Assembly (NCBI GenBank): GCA_016931255.1 | Contig: JAFGFG010000009.1 | Span: 91,627-155,626, forward strand | From: Candidatus Aenigmatarchaeota archaeon | Lineage (GTDB): Archaea; Aenigmatarchaeota; Aenigmatarchaeia; QMZP01; JAFGSV01 | Direction of reading: 5' to 3' | Length of the DNA stretch: 64,000 nt | Shown here: positions 27,393 through 37,558 of the stretch, piece after piece | Layout of the letters: each line of letters starts with the position of its first letter | Position numbering within the stretch: the stretch's first letter is position 1 | Program-made: the position numbers and the translations under genes | Notes under the pieces: generated by a model | Databases searched by the model: none | Told to the model about the DNA's origin: nothing | Seen by the model: the letters and a program-made list of their open reading frames with translations, nothing else

Positions 27393-29383
27393 CCTACAAG
27401 GCTGCCTGAACCGGATGGTATGAGCCTCTGAAAATCATCCGTGTTTATTGCCTCCACATACGTCCTTTCTTCAGGGGATGCCTTATATACAAGTGTTTCC
27501 TTTATTTTCTTTGCGAGTTCGTTCGATGGAATGTCACCAGGCTTTATTGTGACAAAATATTTTGCATATGTGCGGAGAGCCATAACAGGACCTGATAATG
27601 CTTCAGCCCTCTGCTGGTTCCTGTCCACAAGCACGCCTATGGCAATCTTTATCTCAACATCGCGGAACCATTCACGGTTGCCATAAACCATGAATGAGCC
27701 CTTGGGAAGATTCATCCCGCTGGGAGGATTTTTCGAGATCTGGCTCGGCCTCACTGCGAACACATCCACAGAACCAAGGCCCTTGCTCCACGCCTTTGAA
27801 TAAGCAGCTGATATCTCCGAAGCCTCCTTCATGACTTCAGGCGGAAGGCTTTCACCTTCCTTCAGCCCGGAGAACCTAGTACCCTTCGGCGACTTGGTCT
27901 TTATGGCCACGAATGCCGAACCAGAGACATCACTGTGGAATACCCAGTCCGTGTCATCCAACTTCTTCTTTACAAGGGTCTCGTTGGTTGATGCATCCTT
28001 CCCTGCGACTATCAGGAATTTATTCGATGATATGAACCACCTGAACTTCTCGTACCATTTCCCGCTTTTTTTCCTGGGCTTCTTCTCCTTTGAAGGAGGT
28101 GCTGCGTATTCAGGCATTTCAGCTATCATCTGAAGCTCTGTTTTCCTTTCAGCCATTGCCGATTCAGCCCCTTCAGCGCGCCTCTTTGCATCCTTGGAGC
28201 CTTCGTAGTATTTCGCGGCATTCTCCTCCACGGACAATGTGAAGTCAAGCTCGATTTCCTTCCCGCCGAGCTCGACAACTACGGTCCCGTCATGCTCCCT
28301 TATCTCTATTATGGATTCAGCTTCCGGTGTCTGCTCGCTCTGGACCCTTCTCTTTATCTCTTCCCAGCTGATGCCGCTGTCCTTGGCCATCCTTATGCCG
28401 TTGATTATGTCCTCCACGAGCCCGTAGAACCTGTATATGACATCAGCCTTGTCCTTCTCACCAGAGCGTTTCTCCTTCATCTTTTCAACAGACTTCTTCT
28501 GCATGTCTATTATCCGTTCTATCTTTTCCTTCTTTTCATCAGCAGCCTTGTTCTGATTTACTTTTACCTCTTCAACAATCTTTTCAGCGAAAAGCTCATC
28601 CAGTGGTGCTGAGAGGCTGGACCACTTCCCCTTTATGCCCTCGCTCTTTGTGGCGAGAGGGAACGGGAAAACCGAGCCATCCTCATAAGTCACAGGCTGG
28701 AGTGCCCTTTCCCCAAGCTCTCTCAGTGACGCATACAGCCCCGTAATATCCTCATCAGAAAGCGATGAAGAAACCTTATCAGGGCTTACGCCTGCAACTG
28801 AACATATTTCATTGGCATATACCGAGCCAAAACCGAGTTTTGCCATCACAACAACTGTCTTGTCGTTCGATACTGAGAGAGTTTTCCTGAAATTATCCAT
28901 TGACATGCTGTACGGATTGGCGTTCTCCGGGGGATATCTGTACATCTGCTTTGGCCTTATTTCCCTGTCTTTCCATTTCTGGAACTGAAGAGGCATTATG
29001 ACATTGAGGAACTTGTCGCATAGTATGACATTTCCCGGCGGTATGAACTCGAATATCAGGATGTTGGAGTCTGTCTCGATTTCTATTATCCTGTCGAACC
29101 CGTGCTGGCGTATGTCCTTTATCGTCGCTCCTATGAGATGCTTCCTAAGGAACATGCAGAAGTTGGGGGGTGTCTCCGGTGCCTGCGGCTTGCGCTGCGC
29201 AAGGAACATGTTCTCGGAGTCTGAGTACAGCCAGAAGCTGCCTTTGGTCGAGAGGTAAACATCAAAGAGGAGCTTCTTTTCACCAGAGCCGTACTGGTAG
29301 ACCTTTCTGAACTTACCTCCAAGAAGAGAACTTCTGAGCTCTTTTACTATGAACCTAAAATCGAAGGACTTCAAACCTGACAT
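27389..29383 (-). CDS. rqcH: Rqc2/NEMF/NFACT ribosome quality-control protein
   Basis: F.M.LRKHL..I.Q..FDRI..ENA..YY..K..WYEKFRWF.SS...AGKDA..NE..KGSFM..G.R. Confidence 0.92.
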   Translation of the reverse strand: MSGLKSFDFRFIVKELRSSLLGGKFRKVYQYGSGEKKLLFDVYLSTKGSFWLYSDSENMFLAQRKPQAPETPPNFCMFLRKHLIGATIKDIRQHGFDRIIEIETDSNILIFEFIPPGNVILCDKFLNVIMPLQFQKWKDREIRPKQMYRYPPENANPYSMSMDNFRKTLSVSNDKTVVVMAKLGFGSVYANEICSVAGVSPDKVSSSLSDEDITGLYASLRELGERALQPVTYEDGSVFPFPLATKSEGIKGKWSSLSAPLDELFAEKIVEEVKVNQNKAADEKKEKIERIIDMQKKSVEKMKEKRSGEKDKADVIYRFYGLVEDIINGIRMAKDSGISWEEIKRRVQSEQTPEAESIIEIREHDGTVVVELGGKEIELDFTLSVEENAAKYYEGSKDAKRRAEGAESAMAERKTELQMIAEMPEYAAPPSKEKKPRKKSGKWYEKFRWFISSNKFLIVAGKDASTNETLVKKKLDDTDWVFHSDVSGSAFVAIKTKSPKGTRFSGLKEGESLPPEVMKEASEISAAYSKAWSKGLGSVDVFAVRPSQISKNPPSGMNLPKGSFMVYGNREWFRDVEIKIAIGVLVDRNQQRAEALSGPVMALRTYAKYFVTIKPGDIPSNELAKKIKETLVYKASPEERTYVEAINTDDFQRLIPSGSGSLVG

Positions 29384-29421
29384 ACTGCTTAAATTATGGT
29401 TTGCATGAAATAAAAGCATCT

Positions 29422-30396
29422 TCATGCAAGCGATTTAAACATCAGATAGAATGAGCCTGTTGCTGTTGTTCTGACCTCGCCTATAACCCTGACTTTTCCC
29501 GGCTTTATTTCCTGATAGCTCGTGAGTATGCCGCTGCCTGTCTGGTCTGATATACTGTACCAGTAAACCTTCCCATCATCCTTTTCAATCTTCCTGAAAA
29601 GGCTAAGGTCGCACCTGATGGTTACATCCTTTCCCCTGTGCTTTGAGAGATCCTCTATGAATACATCGTTTCCTGTGGCAGTCTTGGGCTCAGATGCGCC
29701 GTAGATGCCGAATGGCGGTTTTATCATTACCTTTTCGATTTCGCTTTTTTTCACATACTCCGAAAGGCTGGACTTGATGTGTTCTATTTCTTTTCTCAGT
29801 TTCCTCACACTTTCTGTTATATCACTGTCGTCCGATGTTTTTGACTTTTCTGAACCCCTCTTGATTTTTCTTGCAGTGGAATCGAGATTTTTTGATATCA
29901 GGTTGATTTTTGCGGACATGTCCTCCAGCATTTTCCTGTCATCCGGTTTATCCTGCTCATATTCAGTGTTTATGATTTTCTCATCCTTTTTCTTTGCATG
30001 ATTTATGCTGTCCTTGATGTTCTTTATGCACTTCCCGACTTTCTCCTTTTCCTTTCTTACAGAACTGTAGCCCCTTTCCTTTATCTCAATATTGAGCTTC
30101 TTTATGTCATTTGCGCATTTCTTCTTCATGCGGTCGTATGTGTACTCAGGGAACCTTGAGTTCTTGTGCGCATCCTCTATTGAGGAAAGAAACATCTCTA
30201 TCTCGTCTTTCTTCTTGAGTATATCCTTCATCTTCAGTTTTGAGAAGTCTTCCTCCATATCCTCGTTTTTTACAGGCTTTGGATACTCTTTCTTTTCCTT
30301 CTCCCGGGCTGCGCTCACGTTCCTTGTACCCAGAAGTATTGAAAAGTCATCACTTGTGTCGTACTTTCTTTCCTTTTTCATATTTACACTATGCAT
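29422..30396 (-). CDS. Hypothetical coiled-coil protein with a C-terminal OB-fold-like domain
   Basis: Lys/Glu-rich coils; GK.V.I......YWY.ISDQTG.G..V.V.G.VRTT. Confidence 0.65.
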   Translation of the reverse strand: MHSVNMKKERKYDTSDDFSILLGTRNVSAAREKEKKEYPKPVKNEDMEEDFSKLKMKDILKKKDEIEMFLSSIEDAHKNSRFPEYTYDRMKKKCANDIKKLNIEIKERGYSSVRKEKEKVGKCIKNIKDSINHAKKKDEKIINTEYEQDKPDDRKMLEDMSAKINLISKNLDSTARKIKRGSEKSKTSDDSDITESVRKLRKEIEHIKSSLSEYVKKSEIEKVMIKPPFGIYGASEPKTATGNDVFIEDLSKHRGKDVTIRCDLSLFRKIEKDDGKVYWYSISDQTGSGILTSYQEIKPGKVRVIGEVRTTATGSFYLMFKSLA

Positions 30397-30408
30397 ACTG
30401 CAAATATA

Positions 30409-32982
30409 TCATTGATACAGCTCACTGGGTGGCTTGGATTTTCTGAGTTTTGAGAACAGGTCGCTGAACACGTTCATGAACCCGACTTCGCTGCTGTATT
30501 CATCATCCCCTACCCTTGTTATGAAGCCGTCTGTTGACAATCGTGACTGATAGCTTATCATTATCTCTTCACCGGGATTGAGAGCGGCAAACCATGTAAG
30601 ATGCGTCTCAGGACCGAATACCTCCATATTTGGGGTAAGACCGCCCGATATGTAAGAGCCTGTCGGAACAGAGTCAGAGACAAGAACATTCTCTATGTAT
30701 TCCCCTGTCCTATTCTTTACTTTGAGTGTGATATTCTGTCCGTTAACATGCTTTGATAGCTTGAGTGGCGGGAGGTTTTTCCAGTAGAAGAATCCTCCGC
30801 CTCCCATGATTATGAAAAGGATAATAGCGAATATGTAAGACAGGTCAACTCCTGCCTCCACATCTATGTAAGATGTCACTTTTTCATATCCCGGCATGTC
30901 AGCGCTTATTGATACGCTTCCTGTTTCAGCTGCAACGAATGTCGCTGAGCCCTGGCTGTTCGTTGTAAGGCTGTCGAGCTTTCCTGACGGGTATTCAATC
31001 TTGACCTTGGCACCTGGCACAGGGTCCATGTTGTGGTCAAGCACTGTGACTGTGAACTGCTGACCGGATGTTATGCTGTCCGGTGAAAGTATCTTAAGTC
31101 CCTTGGCGATGCATGTATTCGTTCCTGTGTTGCATATCTCATTGCTTCCGCAGTCGAAGTTTGAGCAGCACTCATATTCAACGCATTCGTGCTCTTCAAT
31201 CACGCCGCAGTCGCATTCAATGTCTTTGCAGATATTGTCAGCACATTCCTGATTATTGAGGCATTCATCGTTTTCGCAGCATTCGTACGGAATGCATTTA
31301 TGGTCTGATGCATGCGAGCATCCTGAACATGTCAGCGCTACACAGTTATTTCCGGAGCACCACTGTGCCTGGGCGCACATACCAGTCTGGTTGTCGATGC
31401 ATTCATAATCATAAGAGCTGAAATGAACAGTTTTGTCAACTGTGTTTTCTGACATATCCTGACATGACACCTTAATAGAATGATGCCCATTATCCAACTC
31501 AGAAAACAACTGGTACCATTTCTTGTCAGTGATATGTTTCATCAACAGTGCGATTCCACTGTCCAGAGTTGCTGTGCAGTATTCTGAATCCCTTGTTGCT
31601 GTAACCGAAAGATTAATCAAATCCGTCTCCCAGTATGTCTTGTTTTCAGGGTATGAAATCGAAATGCCATAATCCCCTGAATACGAGAAGAATGTCTTTT
31701 CTGCATACAGCGGACTTCCTGTTTCCGGATAGCACCATACGACGATGTCATGCTCGCCTTCTGAAAGGCCTGTAGCATAATACGTCCACTCAGTTCCTGA
31801 TGTCTCATGCATGGTCACGTTTTCATTGTCATCCAGAGAGATGTTGCATCCATTCGCATCGTCAAGTAGTACCACTTTCACAGTTGTGCTTGTAGAGGAT
31901 ATAACATTCCCCGGAGATTCTATCGTTATGCTGTCAATATCAGGACCATCGACAGTGAATAATAATGTCGTGTTCTGTATGCCCAATGATATGTCGAATG
32001 CGATTATGGTTATGTTGTGGAATCCTGGACCGCCGGCGTCGAATGTGCCGGACACTTCATATCTCTCATGCAGTGCGCTGTATGGGGGATCTAATGTGTC
32101 TATGTTAATGTCTTCGTCTTCCTTTCCATCGAGCAGATAGGACGTCACTTTGAGGTTTCCAACATCGAAGAATATGTAGTATTCTACAGCTATATCATTA
32201 GGACTGTCATATGACATTTCCTCGGGGCTGATGACGCTGAGCATATCCGGCGTTTTCATATTCAGCGATGAGACGGCTGAGCCGTCCGTGTTTCCGGCGA
32301 GGTCGGTGCAGTTGACCCACCATTTGTACTTACCGTCGTAGGCGGGGCTGAAGAGGAGATTCAGGGTCCCGTTGTCAATCACAGCCGAGTCGTGCCAAAT
32401 GCCGGCTGCGAGTTCGGCCAGTCCTACAAATACGAACCAACCACCACCGACATTCACCACATTCTTAGCCTCAGACGAATCATTGAAGAACAACCTGCAT
32501 GTCGTATTTGGAGACAGCGTGTCGTTGGCATACAGCCCTGTGACGACATTCAGAAGGTTGTAGTCATCATACTCGAGAGGATTTCCCTCCTCAAGTTCCG
32601 CCGGCAGAACCGAAACCTGAGGTTTTCCCCTGTCAACATAAAGCGTCATGTTTCCCGTCTGCACGAAATCGTCATCAGTCTCGCAAGTTATGTTCCATAT
32701 GTTTTTTCCTTCATTTAAGACTGCTGACTGGATTAATGCCCATGTCATGTTATTAGCTGACTGCATGTTCCTCTCAACGCCATTGACCCTCAGATAGCAA
32801 CCGGCTGAGCCTGAATCGGGGTCCAAGAAGCTGAAGTTGAACCTGAAGTTTTCAGCAGTTTTATTGGTCCATGAATTGTTCAGCGGAAAATTCACGTGCA
32901 CACTTCCTGTAACAGCTGCAACACTGGGCATAGTCAATACAATTAGTAGCGTCAAGGTTAGCAGTGAAGTAATGCGCGCCAT
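30409..32982 (-). CDS. Large cell-surface protein (Ig-like repeats, Cys-rich repeats, TM, cytoplasmic beta domain)
   Basis: Signal peptide; many N-x-S/T sequons; CTDLAGN and repeated (I/S)xSP Ig-like units; YECC..C..N..C repeats. Confidence 0.8.
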   Translation of the reverse strand: MARITSLLTLTLLIVLTMPSVAAVTGSVHVNFPLNNSWTNKTAENFRFNFSFLDPDSGSAGCYLRVNGVERNMQSANNMTWALIQSAVLNEGKNIWNITCETDDDFVQTGNMTLYVDRGKPQVSVLPAELEEGNPLEYDDYNLLNVVTGLYANDTLSPNTTCRLFFNDSSEAKNVVNVGGGWFVFVGLAELAAGIWHDSAVIDNGTLNLLFSPAYDGKYKWWVNCTDLAGNTDGSAVSSLNMKTPDMLSVISPEEMSYDSPNDIAVEYYIFFDVGNLKVTSYLLDGKEDEDINIDTLDPPYSALHERYEVSGTFDAGGPGFHNITIIAFDISLGIQNTTLLFTVDGPDIDSITIESPGNVISSTSTTVKVVLLDDANGCNISLDDNENVTMHETSGTEWTYYATGLSEGEHDIVVWCYPETGSPLYAEKTFFSYSGDYGISISYPENKTYWETDLINLSVTATRDSEYCTATLDSGIALLMKHITDKKWYQLFSELDNGHHSIKVSCQDMSENTVDKTVHFSSYDYECIDNQTGMCAQAQWCSGNNCVALTCSGCSHASDHKCIPYECCENDECLNNQECADNICKDIECDCGVIEEHECVEYECCSNFDCGSNEICNTGTNTCIAKGLKILSPDSITSGQQFTVTVLDHNMDPVPGAKVKIEYPSGKLDSLTTNSQGSATFVAAETGSVSISADMPGYEKVTSYIDVEAGVDLSYIFAIILFIIMGGGGFFYWKNLPPLKLSKHVNGQNITLKVKNRTGEYIENVLVSDSVPTGSYISGGLTPNMEVFGPETHLTWFAALNPGEEIMISYQSRLSTDGFITRVGDDEYSSEVGFMNVFSDLFSKLRKSKPPSELYQ

Positions 32983-33560
32983 TAACAATTATTGTCTTCG
33001 CTGCTCATATTAAGTTTTCCGGACTCAGAATCACCTTCATAGTTTTTCTGGTCAAGCTTGCTGTTCATCTTCCTGATCAGGTCTTCGCGTATCTTTTCTT
33101 TCTCACCGCCAAAATAGCGCTCGAATTCAGTTGTGAGGCTGAGCATCTTGCTTCTTCCCTGCCTCTCGGCCCGTATGAGTCCCTTTGACATGAGTGTCTT
33201 TATGTATGCATAGCTTTTGTTGCCCTGTATCCTTATCACATCTGACTGCTGCACAGGTTCCTTGTATGCCACAATCGCAAGTGTCCTTTTCTGGCCCTCT
33301 GTTATGTCTGCATATGGCGTCAGGCCCGCCACCTTCTCTATATGGGCGTGGTCTGCGTGGAACGACCATCCTTGGGGAGTTTCTGCGAGATGAATACCCC
33401 TGTGCTGATATTCGTCCCTGAGTTCAAGAAGCATACCTTTTACGTAGCCGAGTGAATTGACACCCGCAATCTTTCCGAGGCCCTCGACTGTCAAAGGCTC
33501 TGCTGACATGAAGAGAGCTGCCTCCAGAAGACCTTTGTGATTATCCGACTGGCCTGACAT
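32982..33560 (-). CDS. scpB: Segregation and condensation protein B
   Basis: LEAALF.S.EPL..TLAIVAYK.PV.Q..V..I.G..T..F..YFG. Confidence 0.9.
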   Translation of the reverse strand: MSGQSDNHKGLLEAALFMSAEPLTVEGLGKIAGVNSLGYVKGMLLELRDEYQHRGIHLAETPQGWSFHADHAHIEKVAGLTPYADITEGQKRTLAIVAYKEPVQQSDVIRIQGNKSYAYIKTLMSKGLIRAERQGRSKMLSLTTEFERYFGGEKEKIREDLIRKMNSKLDQKNYEGDSESGKLNMSSEDNNC

Positions 33561-33569
33561 AACAATCAC

Positions 33570-34334
33570 TTAATTGTTACTCCCGGGATTTTTTATTTGA
33601 GGAGATTCCTTTCGCTTTATGTATATCTCGTCGAACATCTCCTTCTGCGTGCATTCAACCTTGTTATCGTTGTCAAGGTGTATAAGAGGCATGAATGTGT
33701 CTATGACATTCTCCTTTTCCCATTTCTCAACAAGGTCTGAGAACTTAACGCTCTTCTCCCTGCTAAGGCTGTTTATCATCATGGTTATCCTTCCGTAGAG
33801 CTTTTCTATTCTCAGACCGATGTCATCCGTCCTTATTTTTATCTTTCCGCGGGCTTTTTTCAGCTTGAGGTCACGCCTTTTCTCAGTTGCAAGGACCCTG
33901 CGGAGTGAATCGACGAGCTCATTCAGTGTTATCCTTCTTATGGGCTTCCTTTTTGAGCTTACAGCTATCGGGTCGACATCATTTTCATCTATCTCATTGC
34001 CTATTGACTCTATCTCCTCGTCATCAAGCTCTTCCATGTCTATGAATCCCTCAGGCTCCGGGTCCCTGTCCATCTTCATTATCTTTATGTAATCAGACTT
34101 CATCCTCAGGAGGACTGCCGCGATTATCACCCACTTTGCAGGCACACGGAAATCCAGTTCATCGAGTGATGATATGTGATCGGAAAAGCCAGTCGAGAGC
34201 TTTGTTATGTCAATATTCCAGGGGTCGAGCTCGTTCATTGCGACAACCTGATATATAATCTGCTCCCAGGAGCTTTCTCCGGGAATCAGTCCGAGAATTT
34301 CCATTTCTTTTTCATGCCCGTTGTTGCCTGTCAT
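33570..34334 (-). CDS. scpA: Segregation and condensation protein A (kleisin)
   Basis: LDPWNIDI..L..AA.LLR.KS..R.ITL.EL..F..L.HL....Q...F.EI. Confidence 0.9.
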   Translation of the reverse strand: MTGNNGHEKEMEILGLIPGESSWEQIIYQVVAMNELDPWNIDITKLSTGFSDHISSLDELDFRVPAKWVIIAAVLLRMKSDYIKIMKMDRDPEPEGFIDMEELDDEEIESIGNEIDENDVDPIAVSSKRKPIRRITLNELVDSLRRVLATEKRRDLKLKKARGKIKIRTDDIGLRIEKLYGRITMMINSLSREKSVKFSDLVEKWEKENVIDTFMPLIHLDNDNKVECTQKEMFDEIYIKRKESPQIKNPGSNN

Positions 34335-34402
34335 ATAGTAATTATTATACGCGACAAAAGTTTATTAATCCTCTGCAGACTCAAACCTTTTTTAAATTTC
34401 GT

Positions 34403-34741
34403 ATGCAATTACGATTTATGAAATTCAGCAAGATAAGGTCAGAAAAGGCTGTTGACAGTTTCATAGAGGCTCTCAAAGAGGGAAATTACAGGAAAGCCAA
34501 GGTCACGCTCGGCGAGCTCAGGGGAACCCCCAAGGAGTTCATGGAGATGTACAACTACCTGACCAAGAACAGCCCACTCAATGATGTCAAGATAAAGATA
34601 AGCACAGTCAAAGCCAAGATTGACTGCCTCTCATGCGACTGGAAGGGCGATGCTCACATAAAGGAGAATCATGTTGAGTGCCCGAGGTGCAGGAGCGATG
34701 TGAATGTCCTGAAGGGGCATGAACTCCGTTTCAATTTCTAA
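34403..34741 (+). CDS. HypA-like zinc-finger protein lacking the Ni-binding MHE N-terminus
   Basis: V.LGEL..CLSC..CPRC.S.V.VL.G.EL. Confidence 0.65.
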   Translation: MQLRFMKFSKIRSEKAVDSFIEALKEGNYRKAKVTLGELRGTPKEFMEMYNYLTKNSPLNDVKIKISTVKAKIDCLSCDWKGDAHIKENHVECPRCRSDVNVLKGHELRFNF

Positions 34742-34779
34742 ACATCAGCTTATTTTAGTAGCAATGCGAAAGTGGTCAC

Positions 34780-35709
34780 ATGAAGTGCATACTATGCAAC
34801 AGGAAAGGCGAGATTGAACTCCAGCAGGGCCATCTCTGCGAAAAGTGCTTCCCTGAGTATTTCCAGAAAAAGGTGTACAGGACCATACGGAAATACAGGC
34901 TTTTCAGCAAGGACGATGTCCTCTGTTTCGCTCTTTCAGGTGGAAAGGACTCTCTCGCTGTCGCTTATGTGGTAAGCCAGATAGCCAGGAAGCAGAAGCA
35001 GAGGATGTTTGCAATCGGCGTCGACGAGGGAGTGAAGAACTACCGGGAAATCCAGCTGGAAGACATGAAAAGGTTCTGCGACGGGCTTGGCATCGAATAT
35101 CATATTTTCAGGTTCAGTGACGAATACGGCAAGACCAACGAGGAGATGATGGACATCGCCAGAAAGAAAGGAGTCGACATAAGCCAGTGTACCCTCTGCG
35201 GAATCCTTAGGAGGCGTATACTGAACCGAGAGGCAAGGAATCTGGGAGCCACGAAGATGGTGGTCGGTCACAACCTCGATGACGAGGCTCAGACAAGCCT
35301 CATGAACTTGTTCAAGGGCTCTGTAGACCTTATGGCAAGACTCGGACCGGCTTCGGGTGACTCCAAGCACAAGGGTTTCATACCGCGCATAAAGCCGCTT
35401 TACTTCTGCACCAATGAGGAGACAGCGGCATTCACGAGGCTGAAAGGAATAAAAGTGCTTTACAAGGCATGCCCTCACAGAAAGGATTCATTCAGGGAAT
35501 ATGTTGACAAGAAGATAGAATCAATAGAAAAGGATTATCCCGGCACCAAAACCAGCATCATCCAAAATATAATAAAGATTGTCCCGCTTATCAGGAAAGA
35601 GTACATCAACAGCGAGATAAAGGTGTGCAGGATATGCGGGGAGCCAAGCAGGAACAGCACCTGCAAGTCCTGCGATACTCTCAGGAAGATCGGGCTGATT
35701 AAGGCCTGA
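34780..35709 (+). CDS. ttuA: tRNA 2-thiolation protein TtuA/NcsA (TIGR00269-like)
   Basis: N- and C-terminal Zn fingers, SGGKDS PP-loop, CTLCG, GHNLDDE, CP. Confidence 0.9.
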   Translation: MKCILCNRKGEIELQQGHLCEKCFPEYFQKKVYRTIRKYRLFSKDDVLCFALSGGKDSLAVAYVVSQIARKQKQRMFAIGVDEGVKNYREIQLEDMKRFCDGLGIEYHIFRFSDEYGKTNEEMMDIARKKGVDISQCTLCGILRRRILNREARNLGATKMVVGHNLDDEAQTSLMNLFKGSVDLMARLGPASGDSKHKGFIPRIKPLYFCTNEETAAFTRLKGIKVLYKACPHRKDSFREYVDKKIESIEKDYPGTKTSIIQNIIKIVPLIRKEYINSEIKVCRICGEPSRNSTCKSCDTLRKIGLIKA

Positions 35710-35778
35710 ACCGATTTCAAAGGAGAACGGATGTTACCGAAAGCCTTTATAAAAATGATTGCAACTTAATAACTTTCC

Positions 35779-36000
35779 ATGAAACTGCTGACATATCCGA
35801 ACTTCAAGACATTCGACAGGATGTATTTTGACATGAACACAGGCAGAGGTGTGGCTGTTCCGGATGGCATGTTTCCGTTCGCCTTCGAGATTGATCCGGA
35901 GACGCTGCTTCCGGTAGAGGAAGCCGTGGCGTATGAGATGGACAGTCCGATGGCCAGGGGCCTACTGATTGAACATCTGCGCCCTGCTGAACTTATTTAA
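35779..36000 (+). CDS. Small hypothetical protein
   Basis: 73-aa ORF preceded by the BRE/TATA-like CCGAAAGCCTTTATAAAAA. Confidence 0.55.
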   Translation: MKLLTYPNFKTFDRMYFDMNTGRGVAVPDGMFPFAFEIDPETLLPVEEAVAYEMDSPMARGLLIEHLRPAELI

Positions 36001-36021
36001 TTCACAGGTGATTCTCTACTT

Positions 36022-37164
36022 ATGGAATGCATAGTGGTTCACTATTCTGAAATAGGGCTCAAGGGAAGAAATCGTGGATTCTTTGAGAACATGCTTATTT
36101 CGAACATAAGGCAGTCGCTCAAGGAGTTCGCGCCGATAGTCGAGCGCCTCTCGGGACGGATAATGATAGACTACGACCCTGATGACAGGAAAGAGATAGA
36201 GAAACGGCTCCAAAGAATTTCCGGCATTTCCAGTTTCTCATTCGCTTTGGCTGCCGAGAGGGACATCGAAGACATAAAGAGCGCCATCGACAGGCTTGCC
36301 ACGGGGAAGGTGAAGTCTTTTGCAATTTCCACTTTCCGCGGGGACAAGACATTCAGGCATAAGTCTCAGGAAATGAATGTCATGCTCGGGGATTATGTAA
36401 ATGAGAAGTACGGATGGAAGGTGAATCTGACAAATCCGGACAGGACGTTCTTCGTTGAGATAAGCAGGAAGCATGTTTTCATTTTCACTGAAAAAATCAG
36501 GGGACCGGGCGGCCTGCCGGTGGGGTCTTCAGGGAAACTGGTATCGCTCATCTCAGGCGGCATAGACAGTCCCGTGGCTGCGTACGAGATGTTCAAGAGG
36601 GGCTGCCCGATTGTATTCGTGCACTTCCATAACTGGGGCACTGACAAGGAAGTGGTGAGGGACAAGGTGGAGAGCCTCGTGAAGGTGCTTTCAAAGCATC
36701 AGCCCAGGACAGTCCTCTATATGGTGCCATTCGAGGAACTGCAGAAGAGTATCATAGCGCATGTCCCTTCAAAATACAGGATAATTGTCTACAGGCGGGT
36801 GATGTTCGGGATAGCAGGCATGATAGCACGAAAGGAGAAAGCCCTTGGATTCGTGACAGGGGATTCAGTCGGACAGGTTGCATCCCAGACACTTGAGAAC
36901 ATCTACTGCATCTATGCAATGGCACAACTTCCTGTGTTCACTCCGATAGCAGGCTCCAACAAGGAGGACATAGTGGCAAAGGCAAAGGAAATAGGCACGT
37001 ATGACATATCAATCCTTCCGTACAGTGACTGCTGCTCGTTCCTTGTTGACAAGCATCCCGAGACAAGGGCTAAGCTTGAAGTAATAGAGAAAGTCGAGAG
37101 CCCGATTGACATTGAGGCGCTGTCAAGAAATGCATTGGAGCATACCGAAATCCTAAAGTTTTAG
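36022..37164 (+). CDS. thiI: tRNA 4-thiouridine(8) synthase ThiI (no rhodanese domain)
   Basis: YSEIGLKG.NR, THUMP domain, GGLPVG, SGGIDSPVA, GQVASQT, PYSDCC. Confidence 0.95.
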   Translation: MECIVVHYSEIGLKGRNRGFFENMLISNIRQSLKEFAPIVERLSGRIMIDYDPDDRKEIEKRLQRISGISSFSFALAAERDIEDIKSAIDRLATGKVKSFAISTFRGDKTFRHKSQEMNVMLGDYVNEKYGWKVNLTNPDRTFFVEISRKHVFIFTEKIRGPGGLPVGSSGKLVSLISGGIDSPVAAYEMFKRGCPIVFVHFHNWGTDKEVVRDKVESLVKVLSKHQPRTVLYMVPFEELQKSIIAHVPSKYRIIVYRRVMFGIAGMIARKEKALGFVTGDSVGQVASQTLENIYCIYAMAQLPVFTPIAGSNKEDIVAKAKEIGTYDISILPYSDCCSFLVDKHPETRAKLEVIEKVESPIDIEALSRNALEHTEILKF

Positions 37165-37291
37165 TACAAATGGATATCAGCCTTTATATGTCCTGAACCA
37201 ATAATATATAATGGTAAGCCATGTTATCAGATGTGATAACACAAAATGCAGGGTTCACAACGTTTATTTCACACTTTATAGAGATATTATA

Positions 37292-37558
37292 ATGAATATG
37301 GCACACGGCGTTGATTGTGATTATTTTGACGGGCAGCAATGCTGCATGAATAAAAAAATCAATGGATTCCCGCATCCCATTTGCGATTATATAGCAGACA
37401 GGCACCTTTTTCCAGACAGTCTTCACGAAACAACCGAAGTGATTGACTCTCTGGATATTGAATTATCTGAAATTCCCTTGGAATTTTCCAGTGATGATAA
37501 AGAAAATCTATCCGAATCCTATAGAGTAATAGGCGACAACAGACCTGAAGTTGCCTGA
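37292..37558 (+). CDS. Small hypothetical Cys-containing acidic protein
   Basis: ORF only; its 3' end overlaps the memo gene. Confidence 0.35.
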   Translation: MNMAHGVDCDYFDGQQCCMNKKINGFPHPICDYIADRHLFPDSLHETTEVIDSLDIELSEIPLEFSSDDKENLSESYRVIGDNRPEVA

